Source: the human T2T-CHM13v2.0 reference genome, Homo sapiens. From it: DNA of 64,000 bases. Both the position numbers and the translations under genes were made by a program. Below are positions 61,027 to 64,000 of the stretch, one piece after another (position 1 is the first letter of the stretch; each line of letters begins with the position of its first letter). Where the stretch lies: NCBI RefSeq assembly GCF_009914755.1, contig NC_060933.1. One strand, written 5' to 3'. The notes under the pieces were generated by a model, which made no database searches, had not been told where the DNA came from, and saw only the letters and a list, made by a program, of their open reading frames with translations.

Positions 61027-62719
61027 CCCCCCCAAAAAAAATCCCGTTTAGATTTTTATGTTTATGAATATATGTATATGCATACATGTGCATGCAGAAA
61101 ATTATAACAGAAAGATAGAGTATTACATAAGTAAATATGTATTTTTTATATGTACTGATTTGTAGAATAACAATTATAAGTGATATAAGGTGAAAGAAGC
61201 AATTTGTTCATAAGTATGTAGCATGATTCCATTTCAGTAAAAATTAACAAAAACATGGTTGTATGTGCATGGGCATATATTAATATGTGCTCATATATAT
61301 ATGCTATACATATATATATATGTATGCTGATATATGTATGTGGAAGCAATATGTTTGGGATGATACACACCCTTGCAATAACATGAACTACCTCAGGGAG
61401 TACTATAGATGACAGAGACAATGGGGGAAGAGGAGCAATGTTACCTTAAAAAAAAACTTTGCATCCTATTACTGGTTACAAGAGGCATATAAAATTATTT
61501 TTAAAATTTTAAATAAATATGTTAGCAACCTTTGTATGGATGGAAAATTTTAAATATGTATGAAAATACTGATTGCGTATACCTTTTGAAATTCTACTGA
61601 TAGGGATTTATCCTACATATTTACATATACAAACATTTATGACATTCATAGCACTATTGTTGTAAAGGTGAGATGTTGGAAACATCCTAGCTATTTAACT
61701 ATAGGGGAATGACCAAATAAGTTTGGCTCACTCAAAGGATACCATGGAAGAGCAAGGCTTTGCATCGTATTTCGATATGAAACTGTTAGAAGCACCTTTA
61801 TTTTGAATAGCCTCTAAGAAAAAGTTGGATAGAAAGAGTCTAAATGAAATATTCTGATTAATAACAGAACCTATACTATAAGATGGTGAATTTCTGATCA
61901 GAAAGGTGAAAAGTTCATCTATAGCTTAAGTGGACAAATTTAATTTTCTATAACATTCATATCTGATAGATTAAATAAACAGGTACAATTTCCTTAAGAA
62001 ACATGCTTTATAAGTTTTATGGTCACTACATTCTTTAAAGTTAAAGGTTACATTCCTGGGAGATTAAATAAAAACTGCAGAGTTAACAGTTGACTTGCCT
62101 GAGGAGCTACTTGTTCTTCCTCAGTAGACATTGAAGAGAAAAGTAATGTAATACAACAGAAACAGAGCACGCACCTGATAAACATGTAACAGCAAAAGGG
62201 GGTGCACAGGCCTTTGCCCTACCTGGCGGGTGTCCTCTGTTCGTTGTACTTCTGAGGTTGCCAGAATGTAAATGTTCATTTCACTATCTTAAATGAGCAG
62301 AGAAATAACCAGAATCAGACTTTGAATTCTAGAAGCTCTTGGATCAAGAAGATTCTGTCTTTCCAACGTTTGCATCAAATAACATCGTGACCTATACTAT
62401 CTTTTTTAATATTAAGTGAAGCTTAATCAAAATTTTAGGTTTAAAATACAAGAGTCGTTAAAAAGATACATCGTTAGGTAGAAAAACATGCAGAATAGTA
62501 TGCTGTTTCATTTGGAGGGGAGGAAAAGAAAATAGAAAATGCTTAACATCACAATTTTTATTTTTATTACCTCATGGAAGAACTTCTCTACAACCACTGA
62601 TTTTCTTACTTGCTTTCTAAGCAATGTAGAATTTTAGTCACCACTTCACCATTAATTTCTTGTTATTAATCCATTGCCGTTTTCCCAGCTGAAAGAGAAA
62701 ACTTCCTTTTAATCTTCTA

Positions 62720-63570
62720 ACTCATTTTGAAACAATTTCAACTTACAAAAGTTACAAAAATAGTAGAGATTCACATATACCCTTCACTGTGTTTTCCTGA
62801 ATGTTAATATCTTACTATCACTACCATGATCAAAAGCAGGTAATGAGCATCGATACGCTACCATTCACAAAACCAGAGACCTTATTCACATTTTGCCAGT
62901 TGTCCCACCGAAGACCTGTTTCTGGGCCAAGACCTAATCCAGAATCCCACATTGCATTCAGTTGTCACCTCTCAGTCTACTTTAATCAGAAGCATTGCTC
63001 AGTCTTTGTCTTCCAGGACCTTGACACTCTTGAGGAGTACTGGTCAGTTGTTTTGTAGAATGTTCCTTCACTTGGATTTGTCTTATGTTTCAGCATGGTT
63101 AAATTGAGGTTATACATTTTTGGCAGGGATACTACAAGTTGATGTTGCATCCTTCTCTGTGCATCACTTCAGGAGGCACAAGACGTCCACCTGTGCTTTT
63201 ACTAGAATGTTAACTTTGTCAGCAGGGTTCTGCCACAATAAAATTACTGTTTCCCTGATGCAGTTAATAAGTACCTGATGGGGAGATACTTTGAAACTAT
63301 GTAAATGTCTTGTGTTTTCATCATACTCTAGCTCACAGTTGATCACCCATTATTCTTTTTCAAAATTACAGCTTTATTAAGGCACAACTTAGCCACTCAT
63401 TTAAGTGTACAACTCAATGAGTTTTAATAACATTTATACAGTAGTGCCACAATCATCCCAATCCAGTCTTAGAACACTTTCACCATCCCAAAAAATTCCT
63501 TTGTGTCTGTGTACAATTAATCTCTTTAGCTTTGGCCCCAGGTAACCATTGGTCTGCCTTCTGTCTTTGT
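62720..63570 (-). mobile_element. Old L1M (MC/MB-like) 3' fragments
   Basis: aatttcaacttacaaaagttacaaaaatagt...cacattgcattcagttgtc...gggagatactttgaaactatg; ttaagtgtacaactcaatgag. Confidence 0.7.
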
Positions 63571-64000
63571 TTATACAATACACTGAATTTTCTCTCATTA
63601 TTTACTTGCTTGCCTTTTTACTCTGAACACATATTAGTTTATGAGTGAGAAGACAATTTCTAACACATTGTTTGGTATATGACACAGGAAAGACACTGAC
63701 CAGCCTGGAAGTCAAGAGAAATAATGGATTCTTTAGTGTCAGACTAAACATAAACTTTGAACATTCTAGATATTAGCAGAACCTAAATTATCCAGTTGCC
63801 TTAGATCTTCAGTTAATTCATAAAAATAATTCCAATTAAATTCTTTCTCTGAATTTATAAAGTCAAAAGCATAACCTTTGATCCTTATATGCACAAAGCA
63901 ATTTTGATTTTATCATGTCAACATGCCTTAGAAAAATGGTAAGGTCCAGGGGTTTTGTTTCTTTGTTTTTTTCTTGTTGTCATTTTGTTTTGTTTTCCTT

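Noticed and set aside
58716-61067. Cluster of 60-150 aa ORFs
   Set aside because: All lie within the THE1 LTRs and internal region; decayed MaLR sequence with no continuous ORF.

Overview
Human genomic DNA: AT-rich, CpG-depleted and dense in Alu, L1 and LTR repeats. The main gene is a ZNG1/CBWD zinc metallochaperone GTPase (COG0523 family) on the minus strand. Coding exons 1-11 (codons 1-272) can be read with GT-AG boundaries and an unbroken frame from 49298 down to 5306; the remaining exons lie left of the window. Residues I25, S115, T179 and T218 best fit ZNG1A/CBWD1 (9p24.3) as I recall the paralog sequences, but the paralogs are near-identical. The window opens inside a mitochondrial COX1 NUMT (1-92). 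Intron 10 holds a full-length antisense L1PA3/PA2-type LINE-1 with intact ORF1 (carrying a 27-bp duplication), a thrice-broken ORF2 and an intact ORF0. Upstream are a CpG-island promoter with a CRE and a ZTRE-like palindrome, nested ERV1/hAT repeats and a complete THE1 element. Most interesting observations: (1) the L1 ORF0 second splice donor is in frame with ZNG1 exon 11, predicting an L1-antisense-promoter-driven ORF0::ZNG1 C-terminal fusion, with a matching antisense polyA signal for gene breaking; (2) a poison exon in intron 9 whose 5' splice site is buried in a 12-bp helix closing a multibranch RNA structure that displays UGCAUG; (3) several further stop-introducing cassette-exon candidates. 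Repeat subfamily names and boundaries were assigned by eye and are approximate.
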